Below the pieces are notes generated by a model. The model was not told the DNA's origin. It saw nothing but the letters and a program-made list of their open reading frames with translations, and did no database searches. A DNA stretch of 62,131 nucleotides, filler included, from Basidiobolus ranarum (lineage: Eukaryota): assembly GCA_040143965.1 (NCBI GenBank). It is 9 parts of 9 records of this genome, joined end to end, with 100 filler letters (N's around TTAATTAATTAA, not from the genome) between each part and the next. Parts side by side here need not be neighbours in the genome. Positions count along the whole stretch, not along the records: positions 34,611 to 41,421 come from JASJQH010001239.1; positions 41,522 to 48,329 come from JASJQH010001240.1; 7 more parts are not named here. The stretch is one strand, 5' to 3'. Every line of letters starts with the position of its first letter. Position 1 is the first letter of the stretch. Below are positions 36,699 to 48,429 of this stretch, one piece after another. The translations under genes were made by a program, and so were the position numbers.

Positions 36699-38608
36699 AA
36701 TCAAGTGAAAATTGTCTGAGAAGTGTTGAGGGAAACTGGTGTTTATAAAGAAGATTTTGGAGAGAATTACCTAACTCAAGGAACTAGTAGTATCTATAAG
36801 AGCATTGAAATGGCAAAGTGGCTATAAATCCGTTGGTAGCAGTAGATAGTTCGAGTAATGCGAAGGTAACACGAAGTGTGCTGGCGCTGAGGCAGGCAAC
36901 GTCGCGTACAAGGCATGTAACCAGCTTAGAAAGATCATACAATTTCCTATTTGAAATGAGTGTGGATAGCTAGGCACACTAAAAAATCCCATAAATAGAT
37001 GAAGGCAGGGAAAAATGCCATCTAAAAATACATTGGCTGTTTTGAACTCAGATGCTACTACATTGGCTGTAACCGGTTTGATGTTAATATCGATGCAATG
37101 CATTTGTCGGTGCTGATTAAAATATAGTAGTATCGGAAAAATGAAAAGCCGTAATAAGTATCATCTGCAGCTGTAGTACGCCATTTAAAAGCCAAAAGTT
37201 GATTGTAATGCGCCATATAAGAACTAACTTTTACAATTGAATGGGGTTATCAATCTATAAATAATTTCACCTCGTGTGAAGGACATCCAATTGGCTGTAG
37301 ATAATTCGATGATTTTATTGATGCCTGACTATTTATTCCATTATACTGAGGGTTAGGAGTCATGACCACTTGCACCTTCTATTCTATGAGCAACGGCCAC
37401 TTAGGGTTAGGGTCTACACCTTTTAATTACTCGAGGATATTTGATCAGGTTTGTGTTTAGAATCAGCACTAATAGTGTTGGTGGATTAGAAATATAATTG
37501 AAAAGACTTTGAACCAATCCACTCGTATCATACAGATGCGAGTTACAGTTACAGATGCCAGTTACAGATGCCAGTATTTGATTGATATTACCCAGAACAA
37601 GCTAAAAATAACCATAAAGTATGAGAATCCTAACCCTAATGCTTTCTGATACTAACTCTAGGGGTTCGGAAGCCGTGATAAAGGCATAAACGAGTGCCAC
37701 TGGGCGCATTCTTTCCTTCATTAACTTGATTCCATTTAAAGCCTTGACCAATTGAGTCGTTCGAAGCGGCGGCCATAGTCCCCATTCATTTTTGATATTT
37801 GGATCAACTAAATTCATTAATATATGCAATCATCTTTGTACTGATATTCCATTATATATTCCTCAGGACCGTCGCTCTGATTCCATCAAGTGATGCGATC
37901 AGATTGAAAACGTTGTCCAAGATGTGAAATTCGCATGCGTTTTTTGTCAAAAAAGCACTCTTTTGTAAAATATCTGCTAAACATGCACACCTTAAACCTC
38001 ACACGGCCTCTACTACTATACGTTCTATCAACCCTTTCTTTAGCACTATCTTAAACAGTAAGCGTCTCACGTTGAGTAGCCGTACAAAGAGTATCACGTT
38101 CTGAAAGTCGGACCGTACTTCACTGGCCTAAGATCAGTCCAACTCTTTTATAGAACGTTCCATTCAAAGTTCTGGGACCAGGAATCGGTTTTGTGTGGCT
38201 GGGTTTTATTGCCGGAAAATGAACGCTTATGGAGTACTCCAAAGCGATCCAGTAACAAGTATGACATTGAGATAGCAATCAAAATAAGAAACAAGTAAAT
38301 CATGAATATTACTGAGTACACGATACTGTGCTTAAACCTATCTACACACGCCAAATATCTGACAGTCTAGACTAATCTACTTTTTATTTTTATAGTTGTA
38401 ATTCCATTTAGCTATGATGCTAAATTTGTGCATTAATCCGTTCGTGTAACCACATCGTTTCTTGGACAAATACTTTACTTTGGTAGTCTTAAAAATATCA
38501 GGGCATTTGTCCGAATGTGACTGACTTGGAGTTGTTGGTAACTGTAATGTTTCGTCTATTTAATTGCCATCTGTTTCACTCGTCGAGACTCAACTTTCTC
38601 AATTAACC

Positions 38609-39182
38609 ATGAAATTCTTTGCAGCCATCCAAGCGGCGCTTCCGGCTTTCTCCGCTACCCCTTCCTCTCTTAGCTTCAGAACAACTATTGATCTATAAAA
38701 TAGATTGAATGATAGGCCATCAAGCCAGCCTATTTTCTTTAGTAGATGACTGGCAATCGAGTGAGTTCAAGGCAAACGTTTTGAGATTAGCTGAGGCGTC
38801 TGCTTTATTGGACATCCCAGTAATGCTCACCTCTGGTATCGAGGAAGTACCCAACGGACCTTTGGTCCCTCAAGGAGTCTCCTCAAGAATTCCGTCTATA
38901 TTCCTCGCAAGGGAGAAATCAATACTTGGGATAGTAGTCAGGACGTTCAAGGTAACTTGTAGAAAGCAAATTGTGATGGCAAGCATAGTGATAGATGTCT
39001 GCATTACCTTCCCTGCTCTTTCAGCAGTGCAAGAAGGCTACGAGATGCTCACTGTATTTGATGCATCTGGAAAATTCAACCAAGGGGTTCGTGATTTCTC
39101 TTTAGCTCAAATGGTTCAAGCCGGTGTTCAATCTATGAACCTCTTCTCTACTGTGTGTGAGTTGGCTGGCAAAACTTTCTGA
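38609..39182 (+). pseudogene. YcaC-like isochorismatase-family cysteine hydrolase, disrupted
   Basis: HQASLFSLV, PNGPLVP, VCITFPALSAVQEGY, DASGKFN and MVQAGVQSM match the YcaC pattern. The conserved YIPRKGEINTWD block is in another frame, a stop separates the leader from the domain, and the catalytic D in xDHQ reads G. Confidence 0.8.
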
Positions 39183-40293
39183 TGGTAGCCTCGGTCCGCT
39201 CTTTGTCAGGTATAGCCCTAACTACAAAATTCGATGATTTAATTTTCCTCTACCTCTGTCAAATCGCAGTAGGTGTATTACATCTGATAAGTTCAACCCT
39301 ACTTACTCGTTCAAGAGTACCCTATAGGATCATCAATAAAATTCACGTCTTGTGGCTGACATAGAAGCACTATATTAGTGATTATTTAACATTCTACTCA
39401 TTTGCGTTGGTTCTCTCAAACGATGGTATTAGCCATTTTATCCACTGTGGTGTTGGATGGAATCACATGCTTATAGTGTATGGTTAAGAAACCTTTGAAA
39501 ATCAAACCGCCTGAGAATGATTATTAAGATTAGATGGTAATCAAATAAATGATATAACAGTATTATTAATCTGATTGACTTGCAGAAATCATTTCTATTC
39601 TTGTAAGTCTCCAAAAAAAAGGATTAATAGGCACCTACTTGTCGTAAAACCATCAATACGAACTTGAACTATCTTTCATTCTTCACCCATCTGGTTAAAA
39701 CTACTTTCTCGTGTATTCACCTTACCCGGGGACTCCGTTAGCAAGTGAGATTGCCTTTCACTGGTTGAACATTTACATGAAGATTTCACTTACATTAAAA
39801 ATATGCCCCAAAAGCCTGAATTGTATCTAGATTTTGTTAGATATTTTTTAACACTGCTATTCTTCTGACATTATTTCTTGGTCAGAAGGTTCTGTTCCTT
39901 AACCTAAAATAAGTAGCAATATTGAAAGAAGTTATAAAGGAAGAGAAATAAAAAGCTTTCAACTGTATGAAAGCAATGAAACAGTGTAGTGCAGGTTCTT
40001 AGGATTACTTAGGCACTCATAGCAGTCTTGGAAGATTTTAGTATGTTCTGGTGGAGGGAATTCATTAAATGGCTAAACTTGGTGCTCATAAGAGCAATCA
40101 CACAGTGGCTAAGTAGTGGCATACTAGTTCACAGGCATCCGGTTGCATATCAATTTTCTAGTAGATATAGAAAATAATCTAAACCTAGCCGTACACTCAG
40201 TTCAGACCTCATATGAGATGTATACTGAAAGAGTGAAATGTATGTCCTATCATCTGGGTAATCTCTAAATTAGACATATGATAGGTAGATACA

Positions 40294-40380
40294 TAAGAGT
40301 TTCATTCTCTAATACTGAAAAAGATCCTATTCCTCTCTAAGAGTTTCATTCTCTAATACTGAAAAAGACCCTATTCCTCT
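40294..40380. repeat. Tandem duplication, 44-bp unit x2
   Basis: TAAGAGTTTCATTCTCTAATACTGAAAAAGA(T/C)CCTATTCCTCT occurs twice. Confidence 0.9.
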
Positions 40381-40858
40381 AGCTTACTAAATTTTCCTCT
40401 AATACAGCATCGAGACCGTTTGATCAAGAACCGAGGTTATCTATGATATGGTTGTATATCAAATATCAGAATTCAGTATGTTTTCAAAAAGCAGTGTATA
40501 TAATGAACCGGTATTGACTCCTATTAACGCATCAACATTCCTGAATTCGTAACACTGGAAATTCTGAAAACAGAATTCTAAAACGAAAGTCAAAATGGCA
40601 TATTGATATTGAATACTCATTAACCAAGGCTACATCAATTTATTCCTCATTCAACCAACTGAATAGCCATGACTGCCATTTAACAGAACCTCAAGCCAAT
40701 AAGCAAGTGATTTCACTGTGATAGTGTAATGAAAAATGCTCGGGTGCGGAGTACATCTGTGTACCAATGTATCCGGATCAGATCCATCAGGTTAATCCTA
40801 TATGGAGAATTTACGGTGTTCCTTAATACAGTGTATGAAAGTATCTAGTTAATAGAGT

Positions 40859-40930
40859 TTCCATACCCTCTATATATTCCATACCCTCTATATATTCCAT
40901 ACCCTCTATACATTCCATACCCTCTATATA
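40859..40930. repeat. Minisatellite, 18-bp unit x4
   Basis: TTCCATACCCTCTATATA x4 with one mismatch. Confidence 0.9.
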
Positions 40931-41752
40931 TATGAAAAATGATTAATCCACTTTAAGCATATTTTGGGGAAGTGTTGCCAAGCTGAGGCCTCATTGTTAC
41001 CGATACACAGTAAGTCATTGGAAAGGTCAACCAAAGAAAACTTTCGCTATATATTATGACCTTGTTAGTCATAAAGTAGTGCTTATATTGAGATGGCAAT
41101 TATTCAATGCAAGTGAGTGTTTTTAATCCTAATTTGGTTAATCTTTCCACAATAACTGTATCTGGAACTAAACTAGACCTAGCGTAGTTTAGCTCTGAAT
41201 AGCTTCACGCTTACTAAATTCGTTAATAGAGTGTTTATTGAGATTTACCCTACGTATCATGTTGCTATGGAGTATTAAATTAGCTATGTCTTGGATAAAG
41301 TTATCTAGGGTTTGGGGAAATCATTGAAAATATTCCGATACTAACCGAAGTTACTTGGTAGCAGGTTTAATGATAGAATATTTATTGAAATAAATTAGTT
41401 TTCTAAAAAGTGGTCATTAGANNNNNNNNNNNNNNNNNNNNNNNNNNNNNNNNNNNNNNNNNNNNTTAATTAATTAANNNNNNNNNNNNNNNNNNNNNNN
41501 NNNNNNNNNNNNNNNNNNNNNCAGAGTACCGCATTATTATCTATTACTTATTGCCCTCATAATAAGTATTTGAACTCTAATAACTCTAATGCAATATTGC
41601 ATTATATGAAAGAAAATCTTAGTAAGCCAATGCCTTTTCAAAGCTAGGTAACGGGTTAGCATATGCTTTTCGTTTCACAAATACAGATGTGGAAATTTAT
41701 TAATACTTGAAGAGTAGAATGCATAGTTGCTATAGTACAGAAGGAAAGCATA

Positions 41753-42520
41753 TCAATATCTGCGACCAAAGCGGCGTCTACGACCACAATGCCGGCAACC
41801 ACAGCTTCTACAACCTGAGCCTGAATCTTCGGGCTCTTCCTCATCAGGGGCTTGTGGAGTCTCAGCATTCTGTGATGGTTGAGAAGGCTGATATAGTGTT
41901 TGATCAATCCGTTGCACTTGATCAAACTGATTCGAATCTGATAGCGCGTGTCCTGCCTGTGCTGAACTCCCTTGGACGTGGTCAAGTAAGGCTGACTGAG
42001 GTAAAGTCTGACCAAGATTACTCACCAACTGTTTTAGTGGGGTAATGGCTTCTGATCCTATATTCTCTGAGGACGGTACTAGATTATTAGTTGCATCGCC
42101 CCCAGAATTCTGTGCTACTTGAGCCATTCCGGTATCAATATTGGATCCACCATTGGACTCTGTATCTGTGCGTTCACCTTGGTTGGACTGTACTTCGTTA
42201 CCTTCGGCTTCCAAGCTAGGGCCTGATTGAAATCTTATATTCGAATTTCTGTCGTTATCTATTCTTGCGTCATTTAAATTGTCATGCTTTCTTGTTACGG
42301 TATTGAACACTTGCTTGAGAAGCGGAGACTGTCCCGATTTACTACTAGTGAATTCTGGTGGCTGCATAGCAGGGGATTGAATTTTACTGTTGTCTTCCAA
42401 CTGGTTAATGTTTGGTAACACTCCAATATTATAACTGGAAGAAAGGGCGTCCAAAGGAACTCCAACAGATACCTTAGTGAGCAACGCGGAGGCGACGAAT
42501 AAACTGAGTTTAAGATGCAT
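41753..42520 (-). CDS. Secreted 255-aa protein with a disordered Q/N/S-rich body and a Cys/Arg-rich cationic C-terminus
   Basis: Intact ATG-to-stop ORF; signal-like MHLKLSLFVASALLTKVSVG; ends DEEEPEDSGSGCRSCGCRHCGRRRRFGRRY. Confidence 0.75.
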   Translation of the reverse strand: MHLKLSLFVASALLTKVSVGVPLDALSSSYNIGVLPNINQLEDNSKIQSPAMQPPEFTSSKSGQSPLLKQVFNTVTRKHDNLNDARIDNDRNSNIRFQSGPSLEAEGNEVQSNQGERTDTESNGGSNIDTGMAQVAQNSGGDATNNLVPSSENIGSEAITPLKQLVSNLGQTLPQSALLDHVQGSSAQAGHALSDSNQFDQVQRIDQTLYQPSQPSQNAETPQAPDEEEPEDSGSGCRSCGCRHCGRRRRFGRRY

Positions 42521-45500
42521 GATGGTGTAATGTGTAGATTATTCATGAACATTCAAATGTATATATACACAAACCTTAAGCGCATCATATTCTATAATAA
42601 AGTTGTCATCATGAATCAAGCTCGGAGTACTATCACATCAATGTATTAGTGAAAGTAAAATGAAGGCTAAATAAGAGCCTTCTATATTATTCAGATGAGA
42701 ATCAAAGTCAAATATTCGAAATCAATCATGTCATATGCACTTAAATTATGAACTAGTAATTATTCAGGATTTCAAGCGCCAAGTACTTATATTCGAGTGT
42801 ACAATATGTGTATTGTTTCTGAAACATACGATCTAGATAAGCAAACAAGAGGCTGTTATTTGATTCAAATCGAGAGAGCAAGTAGTGCATCCTAGGTGTC
42901 TTAACAATAGACATTAGACTAAGACTAATTAGAAGAACTACTTCCAGAATATAACTTTTTAATCCTCATATTTGTCATTTCTTGGCGTGGTGTATTCTGG
43001 TGAGCATGAATCGTAGATATGTTCTACGTTGTGAGGTGGAATTGGTGTCACTAAACTTTCTCGGTATTTTCAATACTCGCATCAACTCCTACTATGAACT
43101 TGGACATTTGCCATTGGGTAGTCAAAATCCGGATTCGTGGTCCAACATGCTCAAATAATATCTACTAGCGCTCAATTTACCAGCTTACTGATAATGTTGT
43201 ATCCGATCCAGTCAAGAGTACCTGGAAGTTACATTCTGGTGACCTCACACATATAACCCATAAAATATATCTTTACCCTTTTGTTCATTGCAAAAAGCTC
43301 CACAGAATTGCCTCTTTGTTGAAAATTTATTTGTCTCCCCTATCTATCCAATTCAGCTCCAATGGTTCCTCATTTTTAAAGTGTAGAAATCCACAAAATT
43401 GTTACAAAGGAATCAACATGTTTAATCTATTCAATTTTAAATCTTCGTCGACACTTTTAAAGATACAATCTCCTCACTCTCACCAATCATAGATGCTCTA
43501 CCCCTATTCCTGTACCTTTCCAAAGGCTTCATCACTTGCAAGTTGTAATGGTGATATTGCATTGATATTGAGGATAAACCATGTTGACCATGTATGATTG
43601 ATTGAAATCGACATCATTTGTGGTGATGATTAATTCAATTTATTTAATCGTTAATTGCTTAGCTGACCATTCCGAAGTACATTTATTTCATCCTTGCCGA
43701 TTTCCATGACGTATTTCTGTCTGTGCCCGTGTTGATCTTCTAGTTTCCATTTTCGTAATTGAAATTCCGACCAAATCCAAGATTAACCATTGGTTATTTG
43801 AATATCAACGCTGTGATTGGTCATTTTTCTACATCAATCCCATTTTTTATACCATTTACGACGGAAGACATTTACCCTCTCGGAGACGTTTGACTATCGA
43901 GAAGTTTCAATGATTTTAGGATGAATCCGGTAGAACGAAAGAAGTACCAGTCTTCGTTTGGATTCACTCAAATCGCCTCAAGTGGCCAGAGCTCAGAGAT
44001 AGCATATCATTATCAATACACCCTCGCATTCACTGGCAATAATACATGGAAGAGAATACGAGAAACATCACGTTAAAGCTGCTGACTCTAATTCAAAGTT
44101 TAGCTTATGAACATCTAACATATAACAGCATTAACTGAAGTAGTGAAGGGGGGAGGGAATGGAAGAATTTACGCTAGGAACAAGCCCAAATATAGTAAAT
44201 ATTCTTGGAAATCCTTTCTCATTAAGTTGTACTATGTATATATATACTCATCAAGATTAGAATCATGGAAAGTTGGTACCCAATGGTTTCATACTACTTG
44301 CACATTTTATGAATTTCCCAAATCCGTACACTGGTAAAGCCTTCAATATAATTGGCACTGATTAGCATGGGCGTAATTTGTAGAAGAGAGAGGATAGGAA
44401 CACAAGAGAAGGAATTGAAGACTCATGCAAGGTGAATTTGCTACTGCCATATGAGTTTCCGTACCCTCTCCACGCTTGAATAATAGTAGTAACGAGGAAC
44501 AGTGTATTTGTGAACCTCATCTCCATCATCGCTGTGGTATGGGAAAAGCGAATAAAAAACCATTATTTTAATAGTTTTGGCCCCGTACTTCTTGACATTC
44601 TTTACCGAGCATTAAGTGACATATTTTCTTAGATAACTGAAGAGAAAGTGGCGTTTGAGCTCCGATTGGTCGAATTTTGATGAATTTTGTTAGATTGGTA
44701 GCTATCATGAGGCTTTCTGTGGATCTTAGTGAACTGAAATATTTGGCTACCTTTAGCCACAGTTTGTTAGGTTTAACGACAGCTTCGGTTGAGTTGCAGT
44801 AGGTTCGAGAATTACTTGGTGCTCACTGTACCATTTGTCGATTGTGTCCAGAGATTGTCAGATCTGAACATAGTAACGCCGCAATCCTTTTCTAACAAGT
44901 ATTCCCCACGTGCAAAAATTTCACACTAAGAGGAAATTTCAATTTAATCAGAACTAATGTATGCTTAGCTTATGTACAAATCGAATTTAGAAGTGGACAG
45001 TCTATAGCAGTAGTTGGAAACCCTCACTCCTAGTAAGATCAGTAATCACCGACGATATTCTGTCAATAATTTAGTAAGGAATGTATTTCAAGTGTCCTTC
45101 CGTAAGTAAGTCAGCTATTTGATAGTTCAGTGATAAAGGCTAGAACCTTGAACGTTGACTGAAAAAATCCTATATTAGTTACTACCTAAAGAATGTGAGC
45201 TGTACATCCTATTCTAGCCTTAACCCAATTCACTTCGGGAAATATACCCATGACTTTCATTTAACAGAGTGGAAATAATTGAGCAGATAAAGAAATACGA
45301 TAAGCGGTGGCATGCGGCAATTGACCTGTTTATGGAACATGGGACATGGCAAGACGTTGTAGATGAAATATGCAGTCTCTATGGTTTCTATTTGATCTTT
45401 CCCTTAAAATCAGCCAGTAAATTCAGTCCGCCATGTAAAATAACAATCCACAATTAGTATAGTTCCATGCCTTCTTAGAACTCCAACATTTAATATACTA

Positions 45501-46076
45501 GCTCTGCCTTTTTACCACTGCACTTGAAACAGGATTTGGATTGGCGATTCCAATCTCCTGCATCGATCAAAATTAACATTTCTACTTGTGACAAGATTGG
45601 CGAGTGATCATTGGCCCAATCCGTAACAAACAATTACTTATCTCGGGGTCATATATTGACGGGTGGCTTAACCTCTAAATTCACATTGAATGTGATTTGT
45701 CAGGCAAATATAAATTATCATAATTCTTTGATTGTTTTGATTTTCATATGATTCCGGAATTTTCTACAAATGAATCAGGAAATCAATCCAGAAAACCCAT
45801 ATTTCTAAATCAGATTCATGTGGGTAAATATTTTGGAATTCATTATTCGAACTTAAGTAACTATTCAAATCCATACCTAAACTAAGTAAATAACACAGAG
45901 CTATACATATGACTGAAACTAATATGCTTTCTAACAAGGTTACATAGCTTTTGTCTCAAAATAATGAGATTTTATTCATAATGAATTTATATTTAAACAT
46001 CATTCAAAACCTAATTCTAGCGAACTATTCAAAAAATCTACTTTACAATGGTATAGAAAATGGTACTCTGGACACT

Positions 46077-47312
46077 CTATGCCCAATCACAGATGATGGA
46101 ACCATCAAAGGTTCTGCATACGGTACCTGGTGCACAAACTTGGTAAACAAGTTTATCGTTGGAGCAGATGGTGAACTTGCCAGATTTACCAGAATCAAGA
46201 CATTTGTAAGCACCATTTACGCATGGAGCGGATGGGACGGATGGAGCAGATGGGGTGTGAGTAGGCTTGTGCTCAGAAGCAGTTTCGGTGGCGGTGACAG
46301 TGACAGTAACGGTGGAAGGTGTGCATTTTTCAGCGGGCTTATGAGTCTCAGTAGGCTTATGGGTTTCAGTAGGCTTATGAGTCTCAGTAGACTTCTTGGT
46401 TTCGGTAGACTTGTGAGTCTCGGTAGACTTTTTGGTTTCGGAAGATTTGTGGGTCTCAGTAGACTTCTTGGTTTCGGAGGACTTGTGAGCCTCGGTAGGC
46501 TTAACAGTCTCGGTAGATTTTTTGATTTCAGTAGTCTTGTCAGTTACAGTAGTTTTATGAGTCTCAGTAGACTTGTGGGCCTCAGTAGACTTTTCAGTAG
46601 ACTTGTGAGCCTCAGTGGACTTCTCAGTAGTCTTGTGGGTCTCAGTGGACTTCTCAGTAGTCTTGTGGGCCTCGGTAGACTTCTCAGTAGGCTTGTGAGT
46701 CTCAGTAGATTTTTCAGTGGTCTTGTGGGCCTCGGTGGTCTTTTCAGTGGTCTTGTGGGCCTCGGTAGACTTCTCAGTAGGCTTGTGGGTCTCGGTAGAC
46801 TTCTCAGTAGGCTTGTGGGTCTCGGTAGACTTCTCAGTAGGCTTATGGGTCTCAGTGGACTTGTGGGTCTCAGTGGACTTCTCAGTAGGCTTTTGAGTTT
46901 CGGAAGATTTTTCGGTTGGCTTGGGGGCTACGCTTGTAGAAGCAGCAGGCTTGTTCTGATCATACCACTGACAAATAGAAGGCTCAAGCTCATCTGCTGA
47001 GTTAATTTCTTCCTTGTTACAGTTAGAGACACGAAGACATTCAGAATTATCAGCGTTGTAGGTAGCAGTCTTAGCACCACCACCGCAGAGGCAAGCCAAA
47101 GATGGAATAAAGTCCGGACTGTTTTGATTTTGAGTAAAGTCAGACCAGCACTTCTTACCGGCCTTCAAGGCGCAAGAAGTGACACAACTTTCGGGGTTAG
47201 CAGCATATTCAGCATAAGCAATGGCAGCTGGGAAAGGTGTCAAAGTTGATGAAGAAGCAGAGACAACAGATGCGGCGGCAATGCCGGCAAGAACTTTAAT
47301 AGCGAATTGCAT
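46077..47312 (-). CDS. Secreted protein: Cys-rich N-domain, T/E/K/H/S tandem repeats and a C-terminal CBM19-like chitin-binding module
   Basis: Signal MQFAIKVLAGIAAASVVSA; 8-Cys N-domain; repeats such as ETHKPTEKST and ETHKST; C-terminal CVNGAYKC...FTICSN...YQVCAPGTVC; strong C/T third-position codon bias. Confidence 0.9.
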   Translation of the reverse strand: MQFAIKVLAGIAAASVVSASSSTLTPFPAAIAYAEYAANPESCVTSCALKAGKKCWSDFTQNQNSPDFIPSLACLCGGGAKTATYNADNSECLRVSNCNKEEINSADELEPSICQWYDQNKPAASTSVAPKPTEKSSETQKPTEKSTETHKSTETHKPTEKSTETHKPTEKSTETHKPTEKSTEAHKTTEKTTEAHKTTEKSTETHKPTEKSTEAHKTTEKSTETHKTTEKSTEAHKSTEKSTEAHKSTETHKTTVTDKTTEIKKSTETVKPTEAHKSSETKKSTETHKSSETKKSTETHKSTETKKSTETHKPTETHKPTETHKPAEKCTPSTVTVTVTATETASEHKPTHTPSAPSVPSAPCVNGAYKCLDSGKSGKFTICSNDKLVYQVCAPGTVCRTFDGSIICDWA

Positions 47313-48429
47313 CTTTGACGATAAACGTTTTGATATTTTTTATTGAAACTATGGGGAATATTTATATAGTTTCGAAATCCTCGGTATATGGGATCTCATT
47401 CACGCCCTGGTCTTGCTTTACAAGTAGAATGGTAAGTGATAGTCGGCTAAGAAACAATGCATTCATTTTCACTCAAGTTACCACAAAATCGAAATGTTGG
47501 AGTAAAGGAGCCATTTTAGCTCAGTTAATTGGCAGAAGATTATTACTATAGTAGGAACTTTTGTTCCATTTAACATGTACCATAGGTAATAGGATGTGAA
47601 AGATAAGGCGTTTTGCTCAGAAGTTGGACTACTACTTTGAGACTATCAAACCTCAGCAAGGCAAATATGCACCGAAAAAGAGATTTTAATAAAATGATAT
47701 TACCACTTACCACTGCTTTAGCCAATGCCATATCCACGTTCCATAAAATATCTATCTAGACAAGACTTGCTTGCGTTTCTGAACATTTTCCGGTATTCAT
47801 CAAATCTACCTATAGGACTTCGAGAAAACCTCCCTTCAGGGGTACCTGGCTTACCATTAACCAGATGGAGATAGATCGATTAAGATGTTCTTCTATTATG
47901 ATTCGATCTCATTCGATTTTTTAGGAATCTAAAAATATTTCTTTTTTTAATATCCAAGTGTTAGGTATTTTTATCTTTTGAGTACGATCAATCGATGCTG
48001 TGATTGTTGATCCAATTTGATCGATTAATACGATGAACATTCCGATAGCTGTAATGGGTCAAGATCAGCAGGTTAGTTAAACTACGAAAGAAGTCATGCA
48101 AATGCTGGTACTACTCGTGTTTTGAGTTGCTATAGATTCCTTTAGTTGTTAGAGCTCTCCTACATTGTCAGTTGCTCCTCGTTTTGCCTTCATATTTCTG
48201 CACACCGCTAAGCTCCCGCCAAGAATACATTGTCTCTTTTGAACCTTGAGAATAGTGGCACTCAGTATAAAGCGAAAATCTAAGAAGGATGTTTGGAGTC
48301 ATTGCTCCACTACTAAGCCATATTCAATANNNNNNNNNNNNNNNNNNNNNNNNNNNNNNNNNNNNNNNNNNNNTTAATTAATTAANNNNNNNNNNNNNNN
48401 NNNNNNNNNNNNNNNNNNNNNNNNNNNNN

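Noticed and set aside
40294..40930. Short direct repeats as a possible CRISPR array
   Set aside because: Head-to-tail tandem repeats without unique spacers; eukaryotic context and no cas genes.
43150..43560. CpG-poor minus-strand relic with a GLYV..C-like motif, possibly a DNA-transposon domain
   Set aside because: Too fragmentary to assign without a search.
46330..46900. Repeat protein as a Kex2-processed or dikaritin-type RiPP precursor
   Set aside because: No KR/RR sites delimit the repeats and no tailoring enzyme gene is seen on the contig.
45951..47000. 349-aa plus-strand L/S/G/R-rich ORF
   Set aside because: Antisense shadow of the repeat protein at 46077..47312, which has the signal peptide and recognisable domains.
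33708..47312. Apparent cluster of secreted and chitin-related genes
   Set aside because: The genes lie on three different contigs, so the clustering comes from concatenation.
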